Below are positions 43,692-53,347 of a stretch of DNA of 64,000 nt, piece after piece; position 1 is the first letter of the stretch; the number at the start of each line of letters is the position of its first letter. Both the position numbers and the translations under genes were made by a program. The stretch is taken from positions 128,001 through 192,000 of the forward strand of contig CAVPBK010000003.1 of assembly GCA_963701855.1 (NCBI GenBank), given 5' to 3'. The notes below the pieces were generated by a model that was given only the letters and a program-made list of their open reading frames with translations, made no database searches and was not told the DNA's origin. Source of the DNA: Nitrospirota bacterium. GTDB taxonomy: Bacteria > Nitrospirota > Nitrospiria > Nitrospirales > Nitrospiraceae.

Positions 43692-44908
43692 AAGCTCACT
43701 TCGTGAGGCCTATATCACCGGTGTCTCTCACGATCGTCCTGTGCTTGTTCGTAACCCTAGCGAATACGTCTTGCGAGTCCAAGCAAGAAGACGCGCGGAA
43801 GCCACCCGCCCCGGCAGCCACGTCCTCTGCTGAGCCCGGTATCATCGAACTGCCTGATGGTAGCCCGACCTTCGCACACCTTCAAACTGATCGAGTGGCT
43901 CTCCGTCCGATCCGGACGTCCCTCAAGGCTCAGGCCGGGAAGATTTTGGCCAACGAGAATCGATTAGCGCATCTGAGCGCGCGAGTCCCCGGCCGCATTG
44001 TGGCCGTGTATGCCAACCTTGGCGATCGAGTGAAGGCAGGAGACCGGCTTCTCTTACTCGATAGCCCGGCCTTTGGTGAAGCCCAGTTGGAATATCGCAA
44101 AGCGAGGACCACGCTGAGCGTGATGGAAAAGGCGCTCGAACGGGCCCAAGCGCTGTTGGATCGCGGCGCAATCGGTGTGGGTGAACATCAGCGGCGCGAG
44201 GCCGACTATGAGAACGCACGAGCGGACCTGCACGAAGCAGAGGAAAAGCTGCATTTACTCGGCATGACGGAGCGGGAGATCCAGCAACTGGCCGCCAAGA
44301 CATTACCCCATGCGGAGGTCGCGCGCGTCTCCCTCCGAGCCCCCTTTACAGGTGCAGTGATTGAGCGGAACGCCACCATCGGCGAAGTCATCGACCCCAA
44401 TAAGATGCTCTTCACGGTGGCCGATCTCTCGACCGTCTGGGTGCGCGCCGATTTTCCGGAACAGCAGGCCGGTCGGCTGAAGACCGGACTCACCATCGAA
44501 GTGCGGGTGTCGGCCTATCCGGGCACGATGTTTCAAGGCGCCATTACCTATGTGGGGGCGGTGATCGATCCCACAACGCGGACTGTGACGGCGCGTGCAG
44601 AGGTGACCAACGCTGACGGCCGATTGCGCCCAGAGATGTTCGCCGAAGTCACCTTGGTCACGGAAGAGCAATCCGTCTTAAGCGTGCCGCGCGCAGCGGT
44701 TCAGCAGGTCGGCAGCCGGACGGTTGTCTTCGTGGTGCGGGGGCCGCGTCGGTTCGAATCCCGCGAGGTGACCCTCGGTCAGGCCTCAAGCGAGTTCACC
44801 CAGGTTGTCTCGGGGCTAACTTCGGGAGATGACGTGGTCACGGAAGGCAGTTATGCCCTGAAGTCAGAGTTGTTGCGTGAGCAGATGCCGACGGGAGGCC
44901 CGCTATGA
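43688..44908 (+). CDS. czcB: RND periplasmic adaptor (CzcB-like)
   Basis: ARVPGRI, LRAPFTG, ADLSTVWV, TRT, LRPEMF. Confidence 0.9.
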   Translation: MKAHFVRPISPVSLTIVLCLFVTLANTSCESKQEDARKPPAPAATSSAEPGIIELPDGSPTFAHLQTDRVALRPIRTSLKAQAGKILANENRLAHLSARVPGRIVAVYANLGDRVKAGDRLLLLDSPAFGEAQLEYRKARTTLSVMEKALERAQALLDRGAIGVGEHQRREADYENARADLHEAEEKLHLLGMTEREIQQLAAKTLPHAEVARVSLRAPFTGAVIERNATIGEVIDPNKMLFTVADLSTVWVRADFPEQQAGRLKTGLTIEVRVSAYPGTMFQGAITYVGAVIDPTTRTVTARAEVTNADGRLRPEMFAEVTLVTEEQSVLSVPRAAVQQVGSRTVVFVVRGPRRFESREVTLGQASSEFTQVVSGLTSGDDVVTEGSYALKSELLREQMPTGGPL

Positions 44909-47900
44909 TCGAACGGCTGATCCGTGCCGCGCTCGCACAACGGCTCATCGTGCTGCTCCTCGCACTCGGGCTCATCGTGAGCGGCGTGACGGCGTTCCGC
45001 CATCTGCCGATTGATGCCTTCCCTGACGTCACTCCGGTGCAGGTCCAAGTAATCACCAAGGCGCCCTCTCTGGCTCCTGCAGAAATCGAACGCCTCGTGA
45101 CCTTTCCCCTGGAAATCGAGTTCACAAACCTGCCGGGTAAAACGGAACTGCGGTCGGTGTCGCGGTTCGGGCTCTCGGTGATTACGGTGGTCTTTGAAGA
45201 CAAGATCGATATCTATTTCGCCCGGCAACTCGTCTTGGAACGGATGCTCCAGGCGCGATCCCGTCTTCCACAAAGCGCGGAGCCGATGCTTGGACCGGTC
45301 AGTACGGGATTAAGCGAAGTCTTTATGTATCTCGTCGAGGGCTCGACACAGACCCTGATGGAGTTGCGGACCCTCCAAGATTGGGTCATCCGTCCGATGC
45401 TGCGTGCCGTCCCAGGCCTCGCGGATGTCGATACGTTGGGTGGCCTGGTGAAGCAGTATGAAGTGCTCATCGATCCCAATCGATTGACGAGCTTTGGGCT
45501 CACATTGCGCCAAGTACACGCTGCCGTCGCAGGGAATAACCAGAATGCTGGGGGCGGGTACATCGAGCAGGGCGGAGATAAGTTGGTGGTCCACGGTGTG
45601 GGACTGGCCCGCTCTGCGACGGATTTAGAACAGATCGTCGTGGCGGCACACAGGGGCACGCCCATCTATCTCCGGGACGTCGCCCAGGTTCGACAAGGGA
45701 GCGCGATCCGGTTGGGGGGCGTGACGCGTGACGGAAAGGGCGAGGTGCTCGAAGGCATTGCTGTCATGCTGCGTGGCGGCAATAGCCGGGAGGTGGTCTC
45801 CGCGGTGAAAGACAAGGTCGAGCTGATCAACCGGGTATTGCCGACCGGTGTGCAGATGATTCCGTTCTATGACCGCATCGAATTAGTGGCGCGGGCGCTG
45901 GACACCGTCGAGCGGGCCTTGCTGGAGGGCGTCGCGGTCGTGATTGTCGTGCTGTATCTGTTTCTCCGGAATCTCCGCGGGGCTCTTGTCGTCGCCGTGA
46001 CATTGCCGCTGGCCATGCTGGCCACGTTCCTGATCATGCAGCAAGTCGGCCTGTCGGCGAATCTGATGTCACTAGGCGGCTTGGCCATCTCGCTGGGGAT
46101 GATTGTCGATGCGGCCATTGTGCAGGTAGAGAATGTCGAGCGCCATCTGAGCGAGCAGACCAAGGGTCGAACCCTCTTGATCGCTGACCGGTTGCCGGTC
46201 GTATTACGCGCAGTCCTGGAAGTGCGGAAGCCGAGCCTCTTCGGAGAGTTGATCATCGCCTTGACCTTTATCCCGCTTCTGACTCTCCAAGGGATGGAAG
46301 GGAAGATGTTCATTCCGCTGGCCCTAACGGTGGTGATCGCCCTCCTGAGTTCCTTGGTGCTGTCGATGACGGTGGTCCCGGTGCTGGCGGCGATGCTGAT
46401 GAAGCCTCGTGCCGCAACCGAGGGCGGGCGCCTGTTGGAGCGTGTCCGGGGACGGTATCGCCGGCTGTTGGAGGGGGCTATCCGCAGAACCCGACTGGTC
46501 GTGATTGCGGCGGTCGGCTTGCTCGTCGGCGGGGCGGCCCTGGTCCCGTTCATCGGCCGGGAATTCGTACCGAGTATGGACGAAGGGTCGATCGTGGTGA
46601 ATATGATGCGGCTCCCGAGCATCAGCCTGACCGAATCGCTGAAGATTTCGGGGGATGTCGAACGGGTGTTGCTGGAGATCCCAGACGTGCACTCCATAGT
46701 GTCGCGCACAGGCGCCAACGAACTGGGGACAGATCCGATGGGAATGGAACTCAGTGATATGTACGTCTTGCTTAAGCCCGACTCCGAGTGGCAGGCACGG
46801 TCTAAAGCCGAGATCGAAGCGCAAGTCCGCCGGCGACTGGAACAAGTGCCCGGCATCGCGTTCGGGTTGTCCCAGCCGATTGCCATGCGGGTCGATGAAC
46901 TAGTGTCGGGGGTCCGGTCCCAGGTCGCAGTCAAATTATTCGGTGATGACCTCGAAACATTGCGTATGAAGGCGGACGAGATTGTCCGGGAGCTGCGGCA
47001 GGTGCGCGGCATGGTTGATCTCCGGGTCGAGCAGGTGTCGGGCCTCTACTATTTGAAGCTAGACATCGACCGTGCCAGAATCGCGCGCCACGGAATTAAT
47101 GTGGCGGAGATTACGGAGGTGATTGAAGCCGTCGGAGGCGGGATTGCCGCCGGTGAGGTGTTCGAAGGGCAATGGCGCTTTCCGATCATGGTGAGATTCC
47201 CGGATGCTCAGCGCGCCGATGTGGAGTCGATTGCGGCGCTGTGGGTGACCGCGCCAGACGGTTCCCGCATTCCACTTCGCGAGCTGGCCGACATTCGAAT
47301 TGTGGAAGGGCCGGCGCAGATCAGCCGTGAACATGCGAGCCGCCGGATCGTCATCGAAGCCAATGTGGTCGGGCGTGACCTCGTCGGCGCCGTAGAAGAG
47401 GCGCAGACGGCAGTGTCCCGCCAGGTACAGCTCCCGCCCGGTTACTATGTAACCTGGGGCGGTCAATTCGAAAACCAACAGAAGGCCATGGCACGCCTGG
47501 CCGTTGTCGTGCCCCTGGTCCTTGGACTGATCTTTCTGCTGCTCTATTTTACGTTCGGAAACCTCAGGCAAGCCGCGCTGATCCTGCTCGCGATTCCGTT
47601 TGCGATGGTCGGCGGCCTGCTGGCGCTGATGCTCGGAGGGCTGTATCTGTCGGTTCCGGCCTCCGTCGGCTTTATTGCCTTGTTCGGTGTCGCGGTGCTC
47701 AACGGAGTCGTGAAGATCGCCTATATCAACCAACTCCGGGAACAAGGGATGTCGTTGGACGAGGCGGTGCTAACCGGCATGGTCCTGCGGTTGCGCCCTG
47801 TGATGATGACCGCGGTCGTCGCGATGATGGCGCTCATCCCCCTGCTGTTGGCCAGCGGTCCCGGCTCCGAAATACAACGACCGCTCGCCACGGTCGTGAT

Positions 47901-48042
47901 CGGGGGGTTGTTTTCATCAACCGCCTTGATCCTTGTGGTGATGCCCGTGTTGTATCGGTGGATGGAACAACGAATTGTTCAACGGCGGGAAGCGGATTCC
48001 CCAACGCTTACCCCACGGTTGGGCACGGAAACGACAACGTGA
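44905..48042 (+). CDS. czcA: Heavy-metal efflux RND permease (CzcA/CusA)
   Basis: LPIDAFPDVT, SANLMSLGGLAI, GMIVD, RLRPVMMTA, GSEIQRPLA. Confidence 0.95.
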   Translation: MIERLIRAALAQRLIVLLLALGLIVSGVTAFRHLPIDAFPDVTPVQVQVITKAPSLAPAEIERLVTFPLEIEFTNLPGKTELRSVSRFGLSVITVVFEDKIDIYFARQLVLERMLQARSRLPQSAEPMLGPVSTGLSEVFMYLVEGSTQTLMELRTLQDWVIRPMLRAVPGLADVDTLGGLVKQYEVLIDPNRLTSFGLTLRQVHAAVAGNNQNAGGGYIEQGGDKLVVHGVGLARSATDLEQIVVAAHRGTPIYLRDVAQVRQGSAIRLGGVTRDGKGEVLEGIAVMLRGGNSREVVSAVKDKVELINRVLPTGVQMIPFYDRIELVARALDTVERALLEGVAVVIVVLYLFLRNLRGALVVAVTLPLAMLATFLIMQQVGLSANLMSLGGLAISLGMIVDAAIVQVENVERHLSEQTKGRTLLIADRLPVVLRAVLEVRKPSLFGELIIALTFIPLLTLQGMEGKMFIPLALTVVIALLSSLVLSMTVVPVLAAMLMKPRAATEGGRLLERVRGRYRRLLEGAIRRTRLVVIAAVGLLVGGAALVPFIGREFVPSMDEGSIVVNMMRLPSISLTESLKISGDVERVLLEIPDVHSIVSRTGANELGTDPMGMELSDMYVLLKPDSEWQARSKAEIEAQVRRRLEQVPGIAFGLSQPIAMRVDELVSGVRSQVAVKLFGDDLETLRMKADEIVRELRQVRGMVDLRVEQVSGLYYLKLDIDRARIARHGINVAEITEVIEAVGGGIAAGEVFEGQWRFPIMVRFPDAQRADVESIAALWVTAPDGSRIPLRELADIRIVEGPAQISREHASRRIVIEANVVGRDLVGAVEEAQTAVSRQVQLPPGYYVTWGGQFENQQKAMARLAVVVPLVLGLIFLLLYFTFGNLRQAALILLAIPFAMVGGLLALMLGGLYLSVPASVGFIALFGVAVLNGVVKIAYINQLREQGMSLDEAVLTGMVLRLRPVMMTAVVAMMALIPLLLASGPGSEIQRPLATVVIGGLFSSTALILVVMPVLYRWMEQRIVQRREADSPTLTPRLGTETTT

Positions 48043-48205
48043 AGTGTGAGGAGCTGATCTTCTCAGAAATCAGTGATAGGGACATACGCTAAGTTCATTG
48101 TGTCTGCTGGTCGTTCGCTGACTTCCTATAATACGGCCATGCCTCCTAGGGTCGCAGGTTCCGGCACTTTGAAGAAACACTGCAACCCACAAGCAAGGGA
48201 TTCCC

Positions 48206-49087
48206 GTGCATAACCACTCAGAAAGCAGATCCGTCCAGCAAACAAATCTGCTGATCGTCCTCCTGATGACTGGCACGTTTATGGTCATCGAGGTGGTCGG
48301 CGGTCTGTTCACGGGAAGTTTAGCGTTGTTGGCAGATGCAGGCCATATGCTGACGGATGTAGCGGCGCTTGGACTCAGTGCTTTTGCCATGTGGATGGCT
48401 GCAAGGCCGTCGACGCCGGAGAAAAGCTACGGGTATCACCGCGCCGAGATCCTCGCCGCTGTCACCAATGCTGTGGTGCTGTTGTTGCTGGCTGTCTGGA
48501 TTCTTTACGAGGCGTACCGGCGTGTATTCTCGCCGCCCCACGTGCTTGGCGTTCCGATGTTGCTCATCGGCCTCGTCGGCCTCGCCGTGAATGTTGCAAG
48601 CATGAAGCTGCTCGCTGACGAATCCGCGTCGAGTCTGAATGTTCGCAGTGCGTATTTAGAAGTGCTCAGCGATGCGATCAATTCGGTCGGAGTCATTCTT
48701 GGTGGGGTCACGATCTGGCTCACCGGGTGGTTTCTCATCGATCCGTTCCTCAGCGCCGGCATCAGTGTCTTCATCGTCTGGCGCACGTGGGCACTGCTCA
48801 CTCAGGCTGTGCATGTGCTCATGGAAGGAGTGCCGACTCATCTGGACGCCAAAGAGGTTGGACGAGCCATGGCCGGTGTGCCTGGCGTGAAAGGTATTCA
48901 TGATCTTCACATTTGGACCATTACCTCCGGCCTGGACGCCCTCAGTGCCCATGTGGTGGTCCCTGTTGGAGAGGATCGGGATGCAGTGTTGGGCCGTCTC
49001 CAATCTCTTCTACGAGACCGATGGAGAATCGACCATGCCACGCTGCAGATTGTGGAAGAACGATCGGACCGAGTTCAGGTGGAATAG
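48206..49087 (+). CDS. czcD: Cation diffusion facilitator
   Basis: SLALLADAGHMLTD, GYHRAEIL, HDLHIW, HATLQ. Confidence 0.92.
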   Translation: MHNHSESRSVQQTNLLIVLLMTGTFMVIEVVGGLFTGSLALLADAGHMLTDVAALGLSAFAMWMAARPSTPEKSYGYHRAEILAAVTNAVVLLLLAVWILYEAYRRVFSPPHVLGVPMLLIGLVGLAVNVASMKLLADESASSLNVRSAYLEVLSDAINSVGVILGGVTIWLTGWFLIDPFLSAGISVFIVWRTWALLTQAVHVLMEGVPTHLDAKEVGRAMAGVPGVKGIHDLHIWTITSGLDALSAHVVVPVGEDRDAVLGRLQSLLRDRWRIDHATLQIVEERSDRVQVE

Positions 49088-49168
49088 GAAACACCTGTGC
49101 TAACAGGGGCAAGGCGATGCACGAAAGGAGGATAAATGTATTGATGTGGGGGGCTTGAGTCATTCATT

Positions 49169-49510
49169 TTATTCTTTCGCGGTCCAGCCAAAGACGATAA
49201 CCGCCATACCAAGCATGGCAATTCCGGCCCCAGTCCAGTCGAAGACGGATAGTTTCTCACCGTCCACGACCTTCAGCCAGACGAGAGCCGCTGCCACGTA
49301 TACACCACCATAGGCAGCATAGACCCGTCCGCTGGCGGCGGGGTGGAGAGTGAGGAGCCAGACAAAGGCGGCGAGACTGAGCGCCGCCGGAACCAAGAGC
49401 CAGATTGATCCGTTCTTGCGAAGCCAGAGATATGGTAGAAAGCAACCGACGATTTCGGCGAGGGCAGTGAGAACGAAGAGCGCAGCGGTCTGGATCAGGA
49501 GCATAGGCAC
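49169..49510 (-). CDS. ynfA: YnfA family SMR-type membrane protein
   Basis: [18 protein letters not shown]. Confidence 0.92.
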   Translation of the reverse strand: MPMLLIQTAALFVLTALAEIVGCFLPYLWLRKNGSIWLLVPAALSLAAFVWLLTLHPAASGRVYAAYGGVYVAAALVWLKVVDGEKLSVFDWTGAGIAMLGMAVIVFGWTAKE

Positions 49511-49634
49511 GTTCCCCTTCTTATGGGCGATAACGTCTCATCATGCATTATAAGAGTCAAGTTCGAAGGGCTCGAGCCGGGTTGACAATTTGTCATTGAA
49601 GCATAGTGTGAAAAAATTGTTTTTCTGCAGCCTG

Positions 49635-51822
49635 CTATACAAGTAGCAGGCCGGTAGCGCGAACTTTTTTCCAGGAGGTCGTACCGAGGAAGGTTTCAAA
49701 TTCTTTTGCGGTTCCTGGGAATGCGGTTTTTGTTTCTCGTAGCAGGGGGTAAGAGTTTGATGGTTTATTTTGTGGTGTGGATTCTTGAATGAGATTCTCA
49801 ATCCACTGAGCCCGTTGATGAGAGACGGTGACGGCTTGATCGCTGGTACGCCCCGGTAGAATGAGTCGCATCCCCCTTCCGACAGGTTCGCATACTGGTT
49901 GCCCACCTAACCAGACAAACCGCCGTTCTGCCTGTGGGTCATCCTCAACGATTCTTTTCTTGAGAAGTCGGCGTACCCAAGTGGAGGAGACACGTGGCTT
50001 TGGCACGGAATGGTCGAACCACTGGCGGACGTCGAGTGCGAGTCCTTGCATTTCGAGGTAATTGAGTACCGACCGTCGCAGTCCTTCACCGATCCACTCC
50101 GGCGTCTTGCCGCGTTGGTCTTGGTGGAGGAGATCATTCTCAGCGAAGCCCTGAAATTCAGGACCGAGGATGCGCAATCCATGGGCAGCCGAGCTCGAGC
50201 CCGATCGGGCTATGGGCTGTGGCGGTGAAGCGATGCCAGAATGCAGATTGAATCAGATCTGCAGCGAACAATTGCCGCACCCGTTCAAGTGAGTCCACCG
50301 TTTCTTGCACTGTCTCAGAAGGACAACCGTACATGAGATAGGCATGAACGAGAATGCCTGCATCCTTGAAGGCCGCCGCCACGATCGCAGTTTGATCGAC
50401 GGTAATCCCTTTCTTCATCTTCTCTAGTAGACGATCTGATGCCGCTTCGAGTCCTGCTGTCATGGCGATGCAACCGGAGGCGGCCAGGAGGCGACAGAGG
50501 TCCGGCGAGAAGGCTTCTTCAAAGCGAATATTCCCCCACCATGAAATGGTGATGCCTCGTTCCAGTAGCGCCAAGGCGAGCGATTTTAAGGCAGCGGGAG
50601 GCGCAGCCTCATCGACAAAGTGGAATCCTCGACAGCCTGTCTCGGCGATCAGTTGCTCGATCTGTTGGATGAGCCGATCGGTCGGCGTCATTTCATAGCG
50701 GCTGATGTAGTTGAGCCCGACATCGCAGAACGTGCATTGCTTCCAATAACAGCCATGGGCAACGGTGAGTTTGTTCCAATGGCCTTCCGACCAGAGACGA
50801 TGCATCGGGTTGGTGCTGTCTAAAATCGTGAGATAGCGATCCAAGATCAGGCCGCTATAGGTCGGACACCCAACCTCATCCATGCTGAAGTCCCGATCAG
50901 AGGGATCATTTGCAAAGACCACTCGATCCTTGTCGCGATAGAATGTCCGGCAGAGTTGTGCGCGCGGTCTAGTCCCTGCCAGATGTTCGATCAACGAGAG
51001 CAGCGGCCGCTCCCCGTCGTCGAGCGTGACGTAATCGATGTAGTCGAATACGCGGGGGTCCGATAGACGGCGAAGCTCCGTGTTGGCATACCCGCCGCCA
51101 AGAGCAATGGTGATGTCGGGTCGTTGGCCCTTGAGCGAGTGGGCCATACGAAACGCGCCATAGAGATTTCCGGGAAAGGGAATAGTCAGGCAGACGAGTG
51201 AAGGATTGAGTCGATGGAGATGCTCCCACATGGATTCGAGCATGAATTGGTCCGTCAGTGTCGGAGGGACGGCCACCGAGTCGATGATAGTCTCAAACGA
51301 CGAGGCTGATCGAGCGATGTGTTCGGCATAACGGTTCAAGGCAAAATGGGGAGAGACGGTTGCTTGGGTCAGATCAGCCAGGTCTTCGAGATACAAGGTG
51401 GCGAACCGTTTTGCGCGATCCTGTTCCGGTAGGGCACGAAATGAGGTCGTGTGTTCTCTCTGAGCGGCAAACCGAGGGCCCTGGGGAAGAAACCCTGGAC
51501 GGGCGAGGAGTAAAGCTAAGGAGGGATTGCGTCCTTGGAGAAATTCAACGACTGGGTCGATAGCATCTAGATAGGCCGGTTCGACTGCCAGCATCTGCTT
51601 GGCTTCACCGGGCAATTCATCTTTTCGCGCGCGCACCTGCGCAAACAGGGTCTGAAGTCCCGATCGACAAAAGAGCCGGAGTACCATCTCGATGCCGAGA
51701 TCCGCTTGAAAGGCTTCGATCCTGCGACCACGGAGGAACCCCGTGAGATAGGCGGTGGAGGGGTAGGGGGTATTTAATTGAGTGAGCGGAGGAGTGAGAA
51801 GCAGAACGCGTGGGCCAGCCAT
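49635..51822 (-). pseudogene. B12-binding-domain radical SAM protein split by a frameshift at ~50195
   Basis: GCYWKQCTFC; ...HSPIGL continues in another frame as AAHGLRILGPEFQGFAENDL. Confidence 0.8.
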
Positions 51823-51906
51823 GGGCTCGACATACCATACTGCCAGAGTGGAATGCTACGCGATAGGTATTCTGCAGGCGTGTTTCCTGCTGACCGGAGG
51901 GGTCGG

Positions 51907-52260
51907 CTATTTCATGATATCCAGGAGGCTGCCCAGCATGTCGTCCGTAGTTTTTATGGTTTGAAGATTGGCCTCGAACCCTCGCCGACCGGTGATTTGA
52001 TTGGCGGTTTCCTCACCAAGATCGACATTCGACAATTCCAACAGAGCAGGGCCATAGCCTGTGTTGTTCAGGATGAATGGACCAGCTGACTCATTCTTCT
52101 GAATAACCGGGAGTACGCCACCGGTTTCCAGTGCGACAAACTCCGTTCGAGACTTCTTGAATTCATTGGTCATGACGTTGGCCACGTTATGAGCGGAAAC
52201 GTCGAGCTGTGTAGAAAATGCAGTGAGCCCGGAGAGAGCGGAGTGAATTGAGCCGATCAT
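51907..52260 (-). CDS. Short flagellar basal-body rod domain protein
   Basis: SAHNVANVMT..FK and LSNVDLGEE....I......ANL. Confidence 0.85.
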   Translation of the reverse strand: MIGSIHSALSGLTAFSTQLDVSAHNVANVMTNEFKKSRTEFVALETGGVLPVIQKNESAGPFILNNTGYGPALLELSNVDLGEETANQITGRRGFEANLQTIKTTDDMLGSLLDIMK

Positions 52261-52423
52261 CGGGCACCTCCAGGAGGTCCTTTGTCAGGCTTCGACTCTG
52301 ACTATTTTGAGTGATAGCCCTTTTAATCCCATCGATATACCTATCGGTCAAATAATCGAGATGCTTGATTCCTGACTTGTTACGTGGCTTGGGAGACGAG
52401 TAGGTGGGAATCGACCACAATGA

Positions 52424-52618
52424 GCACCATCGAGGCGACAGGAACAATGCACGACCAGGCATCTGCCCATCATTGCCCTTACCGGGCACGCGTCATCGGA
52501 GGATGAGCAGAAATGCCGGCATGCCGGAATGGATGACGTCGTCACGAAGCCAATAACCCTCCCAACCCTCCGAGCAAAACTAGAGTGCCTCCTCGCACAG
52601 CTTGTCCGGCATCACTAA
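52424..52618 (+). pseudogene. Receiver-domain C-terminal remnant
   Basis: HLPIIALTGHASSEDEQKCRHAGMDDVVTKPI; no start codon or N-terminal half. Confidence 0.7.
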
Positions 52619-52766
52619 ATCGCTAGCAGTGTCTTCCGCTGAAGGCCGTTCTCCCTCGACGCGTGACTGTCATTACGTCTTGATGGTGGATTTTGTTCGA
52701 GCGCGTCGGTACCATATCCATGGGTAGAAGTTAAGGGTCGCCGGGGTCCAGAGGAGAATAGACAAC

Positions 52767-53342
52767 GTGAATGAAAAGCGGAACCTTCTCTACAGTGATT
52801 TCAATTGTCCGTTCTGTTATGCGATGCACGAACGGCTGCACGAAATGAATCTGCTCGATCGCTGTGAATGGCGAGGTGTGCAGCATGCGTCGCATTTGCC
52901 TCGTCCAATGAAACCTTGGCAGGGTTCGCTGGGTGCTGAGCTGCGCCACGAGGTAACGGTCGTGCAGCGGCTGGCGCCGGGTCTGCTCATTGCGCTCCCT
53001 CCCGGTAAGCCCAATACGAGGCCAGCGATTGAACAAGCGGTGGCATTCCTACGGCATGACCCACCGCATATGATGGCGTTTGTGCGTGAGACCTATCGGG
53101 CCTTCTGGTGTGAGGGCAAGGACATCTCTGACCCTGAGGTGCTCAGACAACTGGTCGAACAGGCAGGGAGTTCTCCAGAGAGTATGGGTACGATCAATGA
53201 CGGGGATCGCCAGGTGGCTCAAAAATGGGAAGCGGCCTGGCACGTCACAGGCCAGGCCGGGGTTCCCCTCATTGTCTCGCCGGAGGGTGACATCCTTGCC
53301 GGTTGCGCACCGTCAGAAGATGTCCGGCGGTTCTTCGCCTAG
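52767..53342 (+). CDS. DsbA/FrnE-family thioredoxin-fold protein
   Basis: YSDFNCPFCY, GVP; RBS AGGAG. Confidence 0.85.
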   Translation: MNEKRNLLYSDFNCPFCYAMHERLHEMNLLDRCEWRGVQHASHLPRPMKPWQGSLGAELRHEVTVVQRLAPGLLIALPPGKPNTRPAIEQAVAFLRHDPPHMMAFVRETYRAFWCEGKDISDPEVLRQLVEQAGSSPESMGTINDGDRQVAQKWEAAWHVTGQAGVPLIVSPEGDILAGCAPSEDVRRFFA

Positions 53343-53347
53343 GAAAA

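Noticed and set aside
45867..47745. Long antisense ORFs (381 aa and 228 aa)
   Set aside because: They are shadows of czcA in GC-rich coding sequence.
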